This document shows positions 60,586 through 64,000 of a stretch of DNA of 64,000 nucleotides, piece after piece. Below the pieces are notes generated by a model. That model ran no database searches and had not been told where the DNA came from. It worked only from the letters and a program-made list of their open reading frames with translations. This DNA comes from Paraspadella gotoi (Eukaryota; Animalia; Chaetognatha). Position 1 is the stretch's first letter. Every line of letters starts with the position of its first letter. The translations under genes and the position numbers were made by a program. The stretch covers positions 3,373,232 to 3,437,231 of the forward strand of contig CM119263.1 of NCBI GenBank assembly GCA_051294375.1, in the 5' to 3' direction.

Positions 60586-63084
60586 GTGAATGAAAGTAGA
60601 AAAATGGAAAAACTGGAGGGACTCCGTTAAATGACGACGACGACGACGACCCACNNNNNNNNNNNNNNNNNNNNNNNNNNNNNNNNNNNNNNNNNNNNNN
60701 NNNNNNNNNNNNNNNNNNNNNNNNNNNNNNNNNNNNNNNNNNNNNNNNNNNNNNNNTCAGTTTTTAAAAATATTTATCAAATGTACAAATTACAATTTAC
60801 AATTTGTGGCCAACGTGAGTTCGAAATGAATGAAACTTTTCTCTGTCGAACGGAACCCAAATTCACGCGACCGAAAAAGAGCAAGAGGAAAAAAAATCAA
60901 AGGATGTGAAAGGAAGAACCCGGATGTGAAAGAAATCCATTATCAATCGAGTTTAGGATCGGAGACCCGGATGCAATTGAAATGTACAGAAAGTCGACAG
61001 TATCCTCGCGACTTTTTAACCCAGTTTCTTTTGTCCTTTGGTTTAGTGATTTTTTTTCCTTTTTTTTTAAGAGAGAGAGAGAGAGAGAGAGAGGAATTCT
61101 TNNNNNNNNNNNNNNNNNNNNNNNNNNNNNNNNNNNNNNNNNNNNNNNNNNNNNNNNNNNNNNNNNNNNNNNNNNNNNNNNNNNNNNNNNNNNNNNNNNN
61201 NNNNNNNNNNNNNNNNNNNNNNNNNNNNNNNNNNNNNNNNNNNNNNNNNNNNNNNNNNNNNNNNNNNNNNNNNNNNTTAAAAATAAAAGCCAAAAATGTT
61301 GTTTCTATACCCAAAGTCATATTTTTATTACCAAAACATAATTCTTTGCTCCGTGCGCCGATGAAGAAAAATTTCGTTTTACGAGATAAACGATGTTGCT
61401 TTCTACTGTTTTTCTCGGGAGCGATTAATGTCAAGGGTTCGAACTTGGATCCATTACCTGGTCTTAGGTTTGGTCTTGAACCCTGTTAAGGTCTCGATCT
61501 TTGACTCGGACAAGGTTTCATTCTAATTATAGATTTATTTCCATGAGCCAAATTTTAATTCATGTCTAGGTTTAAGTCTTAGCTACCCTCATTTCAATAA
61601 TCGTTCGAGTCCAGGTCTTCTTTTTTTCCAGGTCTTCATCTATATTTGGGTCCAGATTATTACCTCTTATCTTTAAGACTGCGTCTCGAACCAGTCCTGA
61701 CTGACGACGACGACGACGACGACGACATTCCGTTGACGCTGTCGACTTCGACCGACAAAAAATCTCCGTCGAATTCAAAACAACAAATTCTTCCGGGAAT
61801 TAAGAGCCTCTTAATAAGAGGTGGTCGAGGAAAAGGCCTTACAGGGTGGTCAAAAATATTAGACTTTTTATATACAAATATATACATATTTTTTTATATA
61901 AAATATTTACTTTCATTACACTTTATTTCACATGTATTTCACACGAATTTATATCAATAATATCATATATAATTTAGGAAAAAAAATATTTGAAAAAAAA
62001 AGTTTGAGCTAACAATGACATAACTACACATTATAAAAAATAAAAATGAAAAAGAAAATGGAAAAAGCCAAGACTCTGACTCATTGTCTCTCTCCCTCCC
62101 CTCTCTTTTTTTGAATTGCCCTGCAGAAAAAATGCGTCTTTTTTCTTAAAAACTTTTTTTTTTTCATCGGCAAAGCGGTTTCCTTCGAACAGGGCCGCTA
62201 ATTCCCCATGCGGTGATCACTGCCAAATTTGAAAGGGGAATTTTCTTTTTGGGTTCTAAATTTTTAGANNNNNNNNNNNNNNNNNNNNNNNNNNNNNNNN
62301 NNNNNNNNNNNNNNNNNNNNNNNNNNNNNNNNNNNNNNNNNNNNNNNNNNNNNNNNNNNNNNNNNNNNNNNNNNNNNNNNNNNNNNNNNNNNNNNNNNNN
62401 NNNNNNNNNNNNNNNNNNNNNNNNNNNNNNNNNNNNNNNNNNNNNNNNNNNNNNNNNNNNNNNNNNNNNNNNNNNNNNNNNNNNNNNNNNNNNNNNNNNN
62501 NNNNNNNNNNNNNNNNNNNNNNNNNNNNNNNNNNNNNNNNNNNNNNNNNNNNNNNNNNNNNNNNNNACCGACCGACCGACTGAGAACCGCCTTGAACTCC
62601 AGTTACTTCGAGGCTTCCAACGCTCGTACATTAATTTATGTTTGACAACCGAAAGTCCTTCGAAGGCTGAGGATCGCATTCACCTTGACTTTAACGAAGA
62701 GCACACTGTGAAGAGTGTAACACACAGCGCTTCAAACTGTGCTCCACATTATGCTCCACATTGTGCTCCGCGTTGATACCAACATAACCGTTTATCACGA
62801 TTAGGATATGTATAACGATCGACGTACGCAGTTTGTGACAGTTTTTTTGTCAAAACATTTCTCTTGCACAGTGAATTTGGAACCGAAATCACAGAGTTGA
62901 TGTTTTTTCTAAAATTAGTGAGTGAAAAGGAAACGAAGGTAACTTTTTCGAAGTTCGGAGTCACAACAGCTGACGTGACTCTGTGACAGGGATGTATTAC
63001 TGGAAAGAAGCAGGGAGTGTGAAAATGAGGCAGAGGGAATGAAAGAACAAAATGTTAAGAATAGAAGAGGGGAGGGAAAGAGAA

Positions 63085-63097
63085 AATGAATGAATGA

Positions 63098-63149
<52 letters not shown>

Positions 63150-63151
63150 AA

Positions 63152-63214
<63 letters not shown>

Positions 63215-63245
63215 ATTTATTAATTAATTAATTAATTAATTAATT
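63085..63245 (+). repeat. Compound tetranucleotide microsatellite (AATG)(AAAG)n(AAAT)n(AATT)n
   Basis: Direct inspection. Confidence 0.97.
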
Positions 63246-63476
63246 GATAAAAAAAATAAAGAAATGAAGAAATAAAGAAATAAATAAATAAAAAATAAAT
63301 AAATATAGAAGAAATAAGAGAATAAGAGAAATGAGTAGAGGAATAAGTTAAGAATCGAGAGCGCGGCTTCAGTCTGAATGAAGCTCAAGTCAAACGCTTG
63401 TTGTGATTGAGATGAATCGGGTAATAAATTTGGTTTCAACCCTTGAAGTGATAACCAAATTAGGGAATGAACGAGG

Positions 63477-63510
<34 letters not shown>

Positions 63511-64000
63511 AAAAGGAAATGGAAAAAAAAAGAAAGATAGAGAAAACTAGAAATAAACGTGGGAACAGGGATGGGTCAACGACAAAACAACAACATCGTT
63601 AAAGACTAAACAATAACAAAACAAAAAAAAAACGTCATGAATATGTTATCTTATTTTCCTAATGCAGTTCGTTCTTCTTCTTCTTATTTTTTATTTCTAC
63701 TACCATTTCAATTTGCTATGATTTAACAGAGTATATTATTGCAGTATCGATGGAGCGGAATAGCGATTTGTTACTTGAATCATTCTCTCTCTCTCTTTTC
63801 TCTTTTCTCTCTCTGCTCTCTCTCTGCTCTCTCCTCTCTCTCATCCTCTCTCTCTCTCTCTCGTCTCTCTCTTTCTCTTCTCTTCTCTCTCTCTCTCTGC
63901 TCTCCCCGCCAACCCGGGCTCATCTTGTCTCTTGTCTCTCTCTCTCGTTCATTGTTTTCCCCGTCACGGAACGTTTTCAGAATTTTATAAAATATCATAG

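Noticed and set aside
62567-63000. Complex-sequence island as a coding exon
   Set aside because: No recognisable motif or consistent splice pair; only a 12-bp triplicate (TGTGCTCCACAT).

Overview
Eukaryotic (metazoan, probably invertebrate; taxon not determinable) draft scaffold. It is AT-rich, saturated with (GA)n, (ACG)n and (AAC)n microsatellites, and has 15 N-gaps. Nearly all ORFs in the supplied track are microsatellite artefacts. Two spliced protein-coding genes are well supported. (1) A 4-exon plus-strand gene (33772-37341) encodes a ~560 aa ankyrin-repeat protein with an N-terminal signal-peptide-like sequence and three tandem homologous ankyrin modules; this is the most unusual biology in the window. 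(2) A minus-strand ADAMTS-like, non-protease ECM gene (~60344 to ~56000) has a signal peptide, a charged repeat extension, TSP1/Cys-rich/spacer domains, a Thr-rich mucin stalk and possibly an NTR remnant (ADAMTSL5-like). The window also has two decayed non-LTR retrotransposon RT fragments, an LTR-like core promoter, several mini/satellites and an orphan exon. About half the window is near-identical duplication: a 3.3 kb tandem, a ~5 kb-arm inverted repeat and a 3.9 kb tandem ending in an insertion-riddled copy. The copies differ mainly by homopolymer indels and sit at or near exact 25-N gaps, so they are probably long-read gap-filling artefacts. No prokaryotic features, CRISPR arrays, rRNA or tRNA were recognised.
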